Source of the DNA: an uncultured virus (IMG/VR IMGVR_UViG_3300028384_001589) | Lineage: Duplodnaviria; Heunggongvirae; Uroviricota; Caudoviricetes | Length of the DNA: 64,000 nt | Virus record (IMG/VR): IMGVR_UViG_3300028384_001589 | Direction: 5' to 3' (one strand) | Shown here: positions 8,756 to 19,230 of the stretch, one piece after another | Numbering within the stretch: the stretch's first letter is position 1 | Layout of the letters: each line of letters starts with the position of its first letter | The notes under the pieces: model-generated | What the model saw: only the letters and a program-made list of their open reading frames with translations | Database searches by the model: none | Told to the model about the DNA's origin: nothing | Translations under genes and position numbers: made by a program

Positions 8756-8947
8756 CTAAAATCCTTTGTCAGATTTGATACAGATAGCCTGTTGGTTGAT
8801 AGGGAAGTGTTCTGTTTCACTCACAGTCATTCGTAATTCTTCTCGTGCTTCAAAACACTCAGTCATAGTTTCATATGCACCTATGGTGCCTACATGAATT
8901 GTTTCCAATTCGATTATTAGGTAAAGTAAGACCCAATACATAATCAT
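8756..8947 (-). CDS. small hypothetical protein
   Basis: GAGG RBS; minus-strand TTGACA promoter at about 8960-8991. Confidence 0.65.
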   Translation of the reverse strand: MIMYWVLLYLIIELETIHVGTIGAYETMTECFEAREELRMTVSETEHFPINQQAICIKSDKGF

Positions 8948-9053
8948 TTCCTCATTTTCTATAGTGTAGCACAGGTATCAAAATCTGTCAACCTATAAAA
9001 GCAAAGGCCCCGCTGTACGGTTTTTGGTCTTGCTGTCTACTATAAATAATTAT

Positions 9054-9680
9054 ATGAGATATCAACTTTACAAGGACGATATTGGTAATTTTCTTATTGT
9101 AGATTCTATGATGGATCAAATCATTTCCAAAGTTAAAAATGAAAAGATTGCTGTGAAGGTTATACAGAAGATCAATAAGAACGACATAAAAGAAAAGAAC
9201 ATTACCAAAAGCCATTGACATTAGATCCATAAGACGCTATTATGTGACTATGGATATTAACTCAAAAGACCCAGGCAAAGGTCATTTCTATGTGAGTATT
9301 TTCAAGAGCGTTCTAAGGCTCGGTGCCAGTTATGGTTTATACATGACAGGTGATATGCTTCTTATGGTTGTGGGAATCTTGCTTGGACTGGCAGAAATAT
9401 TAGGTATCATAGAGGAACTTGTTTAATGGCGTCACTACGGCTCACTATTATTATAGGCTCACTATTACTCCTCACTACAGGATGTTCTTCACTATCAAAG
9501 ACATCTCATAACAATGAATGGTTCATGGGCGAACCTGCAAAGACAGACAGCCTCTCTGAACCCTGTATCAAATGTGGAGAAGATTGGATCTTTATCAATA
9601 ATGAACCGTTCGCCGCTCAAAGGCAGGCTAACCGAGAACAAGGATACGACGGAACAAATTGGGAAGTCGTCCGCTATTAG
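9054..9680 (+). CDS. three small hypothetical ORFs (9054-9218; 9250-9426, membrane; 9426-9680, lipoprotein-like)
   Basis: ORF track; lipobox-like LTTGC in the last ORF. Confidence 0.55.
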
Positions 9681-9796
9681 AATATCTTTAGAAATCTTTC
9701 AATAATTTTTTACCTATTTTGGTAAAAAAGAGGTTGACCTTTTGGCCTTCTGACCTTATACTATTATATAACAGTTAAACAAAAGGAGGGCAAAAT

Positions 9797-10189
9797 ATGT
9801 TCGTAATATATAGAACAGATACAACGGAAATCGTAAGTGAGAAAAGATACTCATACGGTGGACAAATCCATAAAACAGAGGGTCATGCAAAGGCATCACT
9901 CACAAGAATCAAAAAGAAGTTCGCAGAAGGCTTCGCTAATCAAAAACCATATTCAACATTTAGATTTGAAGGTTTAGGCCTGCATGAAAATGGCAAGTCT
10001 GGTAGACAGGCTGAAGGTGAGTTGACTGGTGAACTTGTGGAAATGAAAATTGTCGATCTTGAAACATATAGAAAAGACATTGAAGCACAGGTTGAAGTCA
10101 CTAACATGATGACTGGTAAGAAGTTCAAAGAGAGTGTGAATACTCCGTCTTTCATGTCACCAAGTTCGGAATCATATTGGTCGATGTAA
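9797..10189 (+). CDS. early hypothetical protein
   Basis: Own promoter and GAGGGCA RBS. Confidence 0.8.
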   Translation: MFVIYRTDTTEIVSEKRYSYGGQIHKTEGHAKASLTRIKKKFAEGFANQKPYSTFRFEGLGLHENGKSGRQAEGELTGELVEMKIVDLETYRKDIEAQVEVTNMMTGKKFKESVNTPSFMSPSSESYWSM

Positions 10190-10269
10190 ATTGGTAAAAT
10201 TTAGGGGTTGACTTTTGTCGCCCCTGAATATACTATAATAATATAAACAGGCAACAAAGAGAGGCAAAC

Positions 10270-10779
10270 ATGGCAACAAGGGCAAGAATCGCAATCCAAA
10301 CAGAATCAGGTATCATTGGTGCATATCAGCATTGGGACGGATACCCAGGTGGCTTAGGCTACAATCTAATCGACAATTGGTATAAAGCAGACAAGATCAT
10401 CGACGCTATTAAATTAGGTAATAGTTCCAAGTGGGGTATTATCATTGGCGAAAAGATCGACTTTGATGACAGAAATAATCCAATGCAAGATGTTCAGAAT
10501 GTTTATTACACAAGAGACAGAGGCGAAAAGGATCAAGGTCCTAAGGTCTACAAAGATGAAGCAGATTATTTAGACAAAGGCTTCAACACAGGCGAAGATT
10601 ACATTTACCTCGCAAAGAACACAGGTCAAAAAGACTACCTGGGTAATGAACAGGTCACTTGGTTTTATGCTTCATATGATTCAAAAGAATTCAAACCACT
10701 TGAAGAAGATGCTATCAACGAGCATATTGCAATGTTGAAGCGTCATTTAGAAATGATGAAAGAAAGGAAGGCGGCCTAA
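10270..10779 (+). CDS. early hypothetical protein (MATR.RI...Y.HWDGYP type)
   Basis: Own promoter; GAGGCA RBS. Confidence 0.8.
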   Translation: MATRARIAIQTESGIIGAYQHWDGYPGGLGYNLIDNWYKADKIIDAIKLGNSSKWGIIIGEKIDFDDRNNPMQDVQNVYYTRDRGEKDQGPKVYKDEADYLDKGFNTGEDYIYLAKNTGQKDYLGNEQVTWFYASYDSKEFKPLEEDAINEHIAMLKRHLEMMKERKAA

Positions 10780-11330
10780 TGGGATTAGAAACTCACTCAA
10801 TTGTTGAAATCAAAGAAAGGTTTCATAAGATAGGAAAAGAGGCACCTACCATGTGGTGGGAACACGGTGTTCTTTCAATTGACAATCCGGCAGAAGGTGA
10901 CATTGAAGAAATCAAAGATGTCATGGAGTCGGAGGTGTTGATGCCCGGCTTTGGTGTTGACTTTAATTGTCTGAAAGCCACAACCACAGAACCCTGGGAT
11001 CAATGGGTAATGGATGTGGTAGAAAAGAAGTCTGTATGACAGACATTTTATATTTGATCCTGTTCTTTGCAGGAGTTTATGCGATCCCACTTTGGGCATT
11101 ATGGAAGTGGGACAGAGAGGAACCTAATGGAAAGTGATATTTGGTTAGCGATCAAAGTGATAGCCTGTGGCTTGGCTTTGGTCTATTGCGGTTATATTTT
11201 AGGCCGTGACAAGGGTGTGAAACTTGGTGCTTCAAACGCCATCGATAAACTATGTGAAGGCGGTTATTTGAAGTTCACAAAGATTCGTGGTGACATTGAG
11301 ATCCACAAATTGGACGAAAATAAAGGTTGA
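10779..11330 (+). CDS. two small hypothetical ORFs (10779-11039; about 11127-11330)
   Basis: ORF track; RBS present. Confidence 0.6.
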
Positions 11331-11391
11331 CTTTTAGATCGTCTGAGGCTATACTGTAAGAACAATGAGGCAAAACAAAGGAGCAAAGGCT

Positions 11392-12233
11392 ATGAATAAT
11401 TTGGTAACAAAGGCAAGCGAACTTATCTATCAAATGGATAACGATCAACTCAATCAAATCATTGAGGCGATCAAACTCAAACGAACACATCTTACCAAGC
11501 AGGCGGCACGATCAATGATGGTCGGTGACATCGTAGGCTTCACAGGTAAGTATGGCAAACAGGTTTCAGGCAAGGTCAAAAAGATCGCCCAGAAATATGT
11601 CACAGTTGATTGTGGCATCGATGGTCAATGGCGAGTGCCTGCCAATCAATTAACCAAACTTGGGATTGGCGAAGAAGTATAATGGGACCGTTCTCAGAAA
11701 AGAAACAAATCGAACGAGCAGATAGCATTCAGCGTCTGCTCGATTCGAACCCTCAGTTGGATGACCATATGAAATCTATTTGGTTAAAACACCAGAGGAA
11801 CCTTTGTTTGAATGAGGACGAATATAATAAAAGGGTGAAAGATATCTACACCAATTCTTTCAAACCAAATGGTTATTTCGATTATTTGAATGATTAGAAA
11901 AAAACAATATAAAGATCCAAACACAAAGAAGAATCGTATGAAGAATATCGAAGCAGAAAATTTTCTCGAAGAGAGATGGAAGGTCTTTAATGAAGTAAAG
12001 GCCAAAGGTGGATCTGACATTGCAGGTATCGTAAAGGCTTTGGAAATTGTTCCAAAGATTAATAAGGCTAAATCAAAGAGGAAGGCAAAATGAGAATCTT
12101 AATTGGTATTGGTATTGGCGTGATTGCAACCTATCTATATTTTAATCCAGGTTCGCAGGACGAAGTGATTGATACAATCGTGGGTGGCATCAATGATGGA
12201 GCATCCATTGTGAAAGATCTAACTGACAAATAA
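11392..12233 (+). CDS. four small coupled ORFs (11392-11682, 11682-11897, 11890-12093, 12090-12233)
   Basis: Overlapping stop/start codons downstream of promoter 11327. Confidence 0.65.
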
Positions 12234-12285
12234 ATTGGTTAAATCTTCAATTGACTTTTCTCCTAAAAGAATATAGTTTAAGAAT

Positions 12286-12447
12286 ATGAAATACGGAGAC
12301 GAAAAAACTAAACAGGTGACTGAGTTAGAAGAGGCAATGAAGAAGTTTCTTGCTAAAGGTGGCAAGATAGAGAAACTTCCTGCTTGTATGACCACAGAGG
12401 AATATCAAGCAATGAAGAAAAAGAAAAAAGCCAAATCTAAGAAGTAG
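12286..12447 (+). CDS. SutA RNAP-binding-domain-like small protein (53 aa; missing from ORF track)
   Basis: MKYGDEKTKQVTELEEAMKKFLAKGGKIEKLPAC...; AMxxFLxxGGK(I/V) motif; ATG close to the predicted TSS. Confidence 0.6.
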   Translation: MKYGDEKTKQVTELEEAMKKFLAKGGKIEKLPACMTTEEYQAMKKKKKAKSKK

Positions 12448-12455
12448 AGGTTAAA

Positions 12456-13239
12456 ATGAAATTCACCGACATACCATTCAAGCCTGCTTTTATCAATGAA
12501 GGCCCGCCATTTTATTCAAGTGGCATTCAAGCCTTGGTAAACTTTGATAACGGCATTGAAGTATCGATTGTGATGCATAATGGCTCTTATGGAGGCACCA
12601 AAGGTCTATACGAAATGTTGATTTCGGACAAGGCCGGAAACGGACTGGGTGGCATTCTACCCGGAGTTCAAGAAGATGGTATCATAGGATACCTAACTCC
12701 AGAAAAGGTAGAAGAATTTTTGACAGCACTCAAATATCATAAATTTAATAACCTGGGCGACAATGTCGTTCAACTGAAAAAGGAGACCTTCGATGCCTAA
12801 AGTATTCCATTTTGAATTAGACAGCAATGAAATCTATGAAGTGGTTGCAATGAACTTCAAAGATGCCTGTCTTACTCTCGAAGAAGAATGTCCGGAAGTT
12901 AAACCAACCAACATTCTTTCTATCACAGAACACGCCAACCCTGTTCCAGGCGTAGACACAATCCACTAATAATATAAGGAGACTGAAATGTTCAAAGTAA
13001 AACATGGCGTGGCACCTGACTCAATTTCAAGACGCTATAAGTCAGCCAAATATCCATTTACTGAAATGAAGAAGGCGCAATGGTTTGAAGTGCCTGCTGG
13101 TGAACCCGAAGCAAAGGCAGATAAGTGGGGGCAATGTCCTGCACAGAGATCTGCTCATAGTGCCGGGAGACGTTTAGGTTTCAAATTTCAGACCTATCGC
13201 ACTCAATCAGATAGTGTGGTGATTAAAAGAATCTCTTAA
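12456..13239 (+). CDS. three small hypothetical ORFs (12456-12800, 12793-12969, 12988-13239)
   Basis: RBS before each ORF; contiguous packing. Confidence 0.65.
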
Positions 13240-13245
13240 GACTTT

Positions 13246-13320
13246 TGGGGTGTAGCCAAGCGGTAAGGCAACCGGTTTTGATCCGGTCATGCGGTGGTTC
13301 GAATCCATCCACCCCAGCCA
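13246..13320 (+). tRNA. tRNA-Gln (UUG)
   Basis: Acceptor TGGGGTG/CACCCCA, anticodon arm ACCGG-TTTTGAT-CCGGT, GGTTCGAATCC, encoded CCA. Confidence 0.95.
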
Positions 13321-13430
13321 ACTTTTTTTATAACCTGTTGATTTTGTTGGAGTTTTTTCTGCAAAAAGAGGTTGACCTTTTGAGTGTTTGAGCCTATAAT
13401 GTATGTATAGTTAGAAATTAGGAGGGCACT

Positions 13431-14050
13431 ATGTTAAACACAGATCTTAAATTTACAACCGCAGGCACTATGGATTCATTTGAAAAGCAGATGGATTACC
13501 ATACCACTTATGGCAAGACTTGGGGCGCCAATACTGTTTGGTCAATCTATGACGAAGACGGTTATGGTGAAATCAAGTTTGGCGATAAACTTCCCGAAGA
13601 ACTTGTAGACGGCATTGGCTTTTTAGAATACAATGGCTCATGGTTCAACGACGAAGGCGACTTTGACTACTCAATGAAAGATGTTTTGAAGGCAAAGACC
13701 TGGGGCGACCTTTGGGCACAGATTGATGAAATGATCATGGGAAGTGGTGATCATCATCACATCTACATTGAAGCGATCACTCGTGATCCAAAGCGTTCAA
13801 ACATTCTTCAAATTCACACAGGATCTTAATCATGTTCAAAGATATTCAAGTAGGCGATACAGTTTATTTTTCAACACCACACACCGCAGAGATGAAAGGT
13901 CGTGCGGTAATGAAAGGCCCAGCAGGTTGGGTAGTGAACACAGGCGGACGCCACGGCACTCCCAAGGTGGTTGGTGAATCAAACTTTATCAAACTTCGTA
14001 AGGGTCGCAACCGTAAGCCAGATCATTTAGGAGCGTTCTTAAATGGATAG
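13431..14050 (+). CDS. two early hypothetical ORFs (13431-13829, 13832-14050)
   Basis: Promoter 13372 and GAGGGCA RBS. Confidence 0.75.
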
Positions 14051-14555
14051 ATTAGAAAAGGCCAAACTGTTCTCAAAGGTAGCACATGAGGCCATAGGAC
14101 AGAAAAGAAAATACACAGGAGAGCCATACTTCAATCACCCCCTACGGGTAATGAAGTTGGTGGCTTCTGTCCTACCCGACGATGAGGATGCTCAAATCGT
14201 GGCACTCCTACACGACACGGTTGAGGACACTGATGTGACCTTGGCATTCATTCGTGACGAGTTTGGCCAACGGGTAGAGAGAGGCGTCTTTGCTCTTACG
14301 GACACTCCGACAGTGGAAGGCGGTCCGAACAGAAAAGAACGAAAGAAGATGGACCGTGAGCGTCTTTCTAAGGCAGAAGGTTGGATTCAAACTGTGAAGG
14401 TTGCAGACATGATTGATAACACTTCAACCATCGTTGAAAACGATCCTAACTTCGCAAAGGTTTATCTTGAGGAGAAGCGTCTATTGATGAAGGTTCTCAA
14501 AGATGCTGACCCCAACCTAAAAGAAGATGCCGAAAAGTTCTTGACTTCTGCTTAG
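14043..14555 (+). CDS. HD-domain phosphohydrolase, small alarmone hydrolase (Mesh1/SpoT-HD-like)
   Basis: AH..Q.RK..GEPY..HP..V, ALLHDTVEDT, VKVAD.IDN. Confidence 0.85.
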   Translation: MDRLEKAKLFSKVAHEAIGQKRKYTGEPYFNHPLRVMKLVASVLPDDEDAQIVALLHDTVEDTDVTLAFIRDEFGQRVERGVFALTDTPTVEGGPNRKERKKMDRERLSKAEGWIQTVKVADMIDNTSTIVENDPNFAKVYLEEKRLLMKVLKDADPNLKEDAEKFLTSA

Positions 14556-14600
14556 GCTGAGTTTATACTGTATAGACAATGAGGGATAAGAGGAGCACTC

Positions 14601-15219
14601 ATGTTTAATCAATATTTTGTTTATTATGATGGTCAGTTCGTTGGAACTGTAATGGCCCTGAGCGAAAACTCTGCTCGAGACAAAGGCTGTCAGTTGGTAG
14701 GAGTATCTGCTTCTGCTTATACTGGCAAGGCTCGTAGACTTGTTTCAGTGGTGCGTCGATAATGGCTTTTTATACCTACACCGAAAAACCAATTGGTCAG
14801 TTCGTTGAGAAGGATACCGGAAACTATTTTGAGTATTCCATCAACGACTGCCCAGAGTTTGACGGCAACCGCGAATACTATCCGCACATCGTTTGGGTAG
14901 GTGGCGAAGGTGTCTGCGGTATGCGAGGCTATCGCTATGCCAATGTCAAAAAGACCGTGGCCTACATTATCACAGACGAGGACGAGAATGGTCCTGTGTT
15001 AGAGAGATGGTTCCTTAAAAAGAACACGGAGTATTCGGTATGAAGATTTTGAAAGAAATCACAGAGTGGCCAGATAACACTCCTAACCATACCTACTTCC
15101 TTGAAAAGGATCGTTGTATTGGCTATATCAAAGCCGGCGCTGGCGAGAAAATCATGTTCAAAAAGCCGATGCGTTTTGATAAAAGATATAGAAAGTTCAA
15201 AGAAATTTTGGATACTTAG
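14601..15219 (+). CDS. three small early ORFs (14601-14762, 14762-15043, 15040-15219)
   Basis: Promoter 14541; coupled starts and stops; manual translation. Confidence 0.6.
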
Positions 15220-15281
15220 GGGTTGACTTTACCCACCTCTGAGTATATTATAATAGTATAAACTAAACAAATGAGGGCAAT

Positions 15282-15849
15282 ATGGAATTTTTAGAAATAC
15301 TCGACGAACTAAAAGAAATTCGTCCTACTATCTCAGACGCCAAGGCGGCTACAATCATAGACAAAAGAATCGCTCTGCTTGAAAAAGAAGCCAAAGAGTT
15401 TGATGAATACTGCGACAAGATGTCGGCTAAATGGGAGGGTTATCACGGTGCATAAGACAGTTCATAAAGAATACAAAGACGGACCATTTGATGTGAAGGT
15501 TTGGTATTCACCAGAGTTCGTTCCTATTTCAGATTTATTTGACGATACCGTTAGCGATGTCGAAGAAATGGCTCGCAAGGTAGACATGGGTAATGCATCT
15601 TGGTTTATCGCAGGTGTTGATTATTCCTATGAAGGTCACGAATTTGCTTCTGAATCTTTGGGTGGCAATTACTACGAAGAATGGGAAGAAGATGCCCTTG
15701 ATGAAGGCTTGGGTGGATATCTTGAGGATATGAAACTCACAGCCAAAGATGAGGCACAAAAGAATTTGAATGATTTCCTTATGAAAGTTCAGGTGGACTT
15801 TCCAGGAAAGATTCGACAGGTTTCTGCGTCTTTCGAGACTGTAGAATAA
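15282..15849 (+). CDS. two early ORFs (15282-15455; about 15448-15849)
   Basis: GAGGGCA RBS at 15273; second ORF probably starts at GTG after GGAGG. Confidence 0.6.
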
Positions 15850-16034
15850 GCGATCGTGGGGGTGTCCCCTGGTAGGACTGGTTATAGACCATCGCTATAG
15901 AATAGGAGCCTACAAATTAGAAGCCGGTTAATGTTTTTGGCTCGTTTTACTAACCCTAAAGAAAAACGAGCAATTTTTTGTTTGACTTTACTCGGGGCAG
16001 AGTATAGTATAAAACTATAACAAAGAGAGGGCAT

Positions 16035-16586
16035 ATGAATATAACACGAGAACAAATCAAAAAGGCATTCGTCAGCGACATCAAAGACATTGGCGAAGAA
16101 GCATATAACAATCAAGATTGGTATCAACAGGACGAGCAGAGATTGAGATACATCCTGGCTACCTTTGACGTTGAAGAAAACTTCTATAGAAATTGCATAG
16201 AGTTCAGAGATCACGGTGAATACCTAATCAACAGTGAGCAGAGATTGAGCCTGTTGATGAAAATGACCTATGATGAATTGGTTGACTATGTGAACGAAAA
16301 CGAACTGGAGTGGCTTGGTGACGACTACGATCACATCAACGAATACCTATACACCATAATGAATCTGTGGCAGGACGATGTTGAGTTTGAAGGCGTTGAT
16401 ATGCAGAACCCAGATTGCATGACCATTACCAAAAGAGCAAGAGCATGGAATGTGGATCCGGAAACAGGGTTCAAATCAGAAAACCCATATGAAGCGGCCT
16501 ATCATGTTTTCATGGAATACTGGGACAGTCTTCCTGATGAGGAGAAGCCTAAGATCCACAAAAGACTCGAAGAAATTGGTGTTTAA
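16035..16586 (+). CDS. acidic early hypothetical protein
   Basis: Own promoter and GAGGGCA RBS. Confidence 0.8.
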   Translation: MNITREQIKKAFVSDIKDIGEEAYNNQDWYQQDEQRLRYILATFDVEENFYRNCIEFRDHGEYLINSEQRLSLLMKMTYDELVDYVNENELEWLGDDYDHINEYLYTIMNLWQDDVEFEGVDMQNPDCMTITKRARAWNVDPETGFKSENPYEAAYHVFMEYWDSLPDEEKPKIHKRLEEIGV

Positions 16587-16663
16587 GAGGTTGACTTTGT
16601 CAGTCAGAGACTGTATTATATAAGAACAATAAGGGCACAGACACACAAACAAAGGAGGGCAAT

Positions 16664-17308
16664 ATGCCAAATTGGTGCAATAACACAATCACAATCACAG
16701 GTCCTAAGGACAAGATCACTAAACTTTACTCGGACGCAAAGGCTGAGGGCGGACTGCTTCAAGCGATGCTTCCAATGCCAAAGATACTGGACGATACCAC
16801 TTCGCCTACACCCGAAGACATGGACAAGGTGCAACGAAGCACAATGATCGCACAGACCGGTTTCGATAACTGGTATGACTGGCGTGTGGCCAACTGGGGT
16901 TGCAAGTGGGACGTGGATACAGATGGTCTTGAACTATCCAAAGACGGAACTACTATTTCAGGTTGGTTTGACTCACCCTGGGGACCACCCATTGAGGCCT
17001 ACGCCACATATCTTGACAAGAACCAAGACTGCTCCGTTGAATCACACTATGAAGAAGGTGGCATGGATTTCGCAGGTCACTGGCATGATGGTGCAGATGA
17101 CTTTCTTGAAGGCATTTCAGATTATGCTCGTAAGGTTGTTCGAGGCCAAGATTCGGGTTCAACACTCTATGATTACCTCGATGGTGAATTGGATCTCACA
17201 GAAGCACGTCGTGAATACCTTGAAGAAGAACTTGATGCTGATGCACAAAAGGTCCACGATTTTGTGGTAGAAGGCAAGGCTGTAAACGGCAAGATGGAGA
17301 CTGCATAA
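16664..17308 (+). CDS. DUF1281/YubB (Api92-like) ferredoxin-fold protein
   Basis: MPNWCNN, NWYDWRVANWGCKWD, FDSPWGPP, YEEGGMDFAG. Confidence 0.8.
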   Translation: MPNWCNNTITITGPKDKITKLYSDAKAEGGLLQAMLPMPKILDDTTSPTPEDMDKVQRSTMIAQTGFDNWYDWRVANWGCKWDVDTDGLELSKDGTTISGWFDSPWGPPIEAYATYLDKNQDCSVESHYEEGGMDFAGHWHDGADDFLEGISDYARKVVRGQDSGSTLYDYLDGELDLTEARREYLEEELDADAQKVHDFVVEGKAVNGKMETA

Positions 17309-17478
17309 TGACTGTCAAGGTAGTTCTTTCACCCGACAACACCGAAGAAATGCCCGACGATCTCTACGACTATTTGGTAGAACAGTTCGTGGCCAAAGCA
17401 CAGGAGATGGGTCACGACATAGTGAACACCCGCAAGACCCTGGACAATTGGCGTATTGAATGCGAGATTGTGGAATAG
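17308..17478 (+). CDS. small hypothetical protein
   Basis: TAATG coupling; GGAG RBS; manual translation. Confidence 0.55.
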   Translation: MTVKVVLSPDNTEEMPDDLYDYLVEQFVAKAQEMGHDIVNTRKTLDNWRIECEIVE

Positions 17479-17483
17479 TTCAA

Positions 17484-17565
17484 TGATCCAATCAGTGGTG
17501 CTGAGCCAAGACTAAGGGGGCTCGGATGAGCAGGGTTGCTCTAACTTCCGCCACTGATCGGGTCA
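17484..17565 (+). ncRNA. candidate three-way-junction RNA
   Basis: Closing stem with 16 of 17 positions paired, plus two internal hairpins; G-U pairs favour the + strand. Confidence 0.5.
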
Positions 17566-17604
17566 CCAATCATAAATATACTCATATAATGAAGGAGAAT
17601 ATCA

Positions 17605-18246
17605 ATGGTTGACAGAGCAGGTCCTAAATCAGAGTCATACAAAAAGACACGTCGACTCACCCGAGAAGAACTACTACGACGAGGCCCAGTGCCTACCTAT
17701 TTTAATGGCGAGTGGTTGGGCGGAGACCCTGAAGGTGACGCTGTCTACTCAGAAATCTACTGTGAAGATCCCTATCAACTATACCACGATTGGCCGTTTC
17801 GTTGCGAAGGCGTGGTGTTTCACAATCGTGATGATATGCTGAATTTTGCCTGGGAACTGAGCAGAAATCAGGACAGAGACGTATGGACACAGACCCCCAC
17901 AGGCTTTCCTGAAAAGCAGAATTGGTGGTGTGAAGAACGACTGCAGAGAGATGGTGAATGGAACGAATGGGCCAAGAAGGATCTTGAACGCAGAGCCAAT
18001 TTAGCGAACGAAACCGATCAACCCACAATAGGCAACAAGGTTGACCCACCCTCAAGAGCAGAAGCACAGGGACGCAGAAAAGCCTACTGGGATCCCCGAC
18101 TAAAGCGAACAGTGATCACAGACGAGTTTGAGTCAGAGTCAATCTCTCCCAATAGAAAGCGTCAGATCCAGCATCTAAAGAGCAAGGGCATAGACCCCAT
18201 AGAGCCCGACACCACACAAGAACACAAGGCGCCAAACTCATCATAG
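17605..18246 (+). CDS. hypothetical protein
   Basis: TAAATA upstream; AAGGAG RBS. Confidence 0.75.
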   Translation: MVDRAGPKSESYKKTRRLTREELLRRGPVPTYFNGEWLGGDPEGDAVYSEIYCEDPYQLYHDWPFRCEGVVFHNRDDMLNFAWELSRNQDRDVWTQTPTGFPEKQNWWCEERLQRDGEWNEWAKKDLERRANLANETDQPTIGNKVDPPSRAEAQGRRKAYWDPRLKRTVITDEFESESISPNRKRQIQHLKSKGIDPIEPDTTQEHKAPNSS

Positions 18247-19094
18247 TAGCAGACGAAGTCGGTCCGCAAAATTTTTCACGCGACAGCGGAGCGGTAAATT
18301 TTCTAACTCGCGAAGCGAGTAGCGGCCGCGAGCGATTTCCCCTAAGGAGCAGAAACCAACTCGCAGAATTGGCTGGAATACCCGCTTATGAGGTGCACAT
18401 AGAAGAAACACACAATGACGATGGAACAGTGGATGTTCACATAGCCACACACGAGATCAGCAAGGATAATCACACAAAACCTAATTTGACCCTTATATCT
18501 AACGATAACATGGATAAGGACAATTAGAACCCTATAAGCACCGTAGAGCAGAGTGTAGAGGTTCTCGTTGCTATATGACGCTCGTATACAGTCTTAGAAC
18601 CCTAATATGCTCGTTGACTCGCATATAGTTCACTTCGCTCACTATACACAGTCTAACACACATAGTGGGAGGCCCCGCTGTAAGGGTCTACACCATAGGC
18701 CCCGCTGTAGGTTTTTAGGTAGATTGGTGTGGGAGAATGGCGAGAGAAGGGTGGTAGAGTATTTGAACTATGCCTCTCGTCACCTCAGTCAATCAAATTT
18801 TTTTGGAACACAAATCCACACAATTCTACACTCTTCCACACGATTCTGCCACATCTGACCACCATTGTAGGCACCTTAGAAGCACCATAAAACACCCTGT
18901 TTTCACCATTATTCCACGGTGTCGCTCGAGGAGCAAAAGGGATGCCTCGCTCCCACAACCGTGCTCTACCATACAGTATAGGGTCTGGAGTTCGAACTGA
19001 TCTTATACAGTAATCTTCTCTATACACTATGTGAGAACCACTGACCCTATACTGTATACGAGTGTTGGACCGCCCCTTATTACTACACTATGGG

Positions 19095-19228
19095 TCACTA
19101 CCTCACTGCTCACTATGTCACTATCGCTATACGGGTCACTGCCTTTGTGCCTTTGGGTCTCACTATGATTTGGTTCACTGCAGGGAGGTCGGTGGCGGTC
19201 ACTAAGGAGATCTTTGGAGCGATCACTG
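19095..19228 (+). repeat. nine direct TCACT(A/G) hexamers
   Basis: At 19095, 19103, 19110, 19118, 19136, 19160, 19175, 19199, 19223. Confidence 0.75.
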
Positions 19229-19230
19229 CC

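Noticed and set aside
17484..17565. Hammerhead ribozyme or tRNA
   Set aside because: No CUGANGA/GAAA core on either strand; no T-loop or CCA end.
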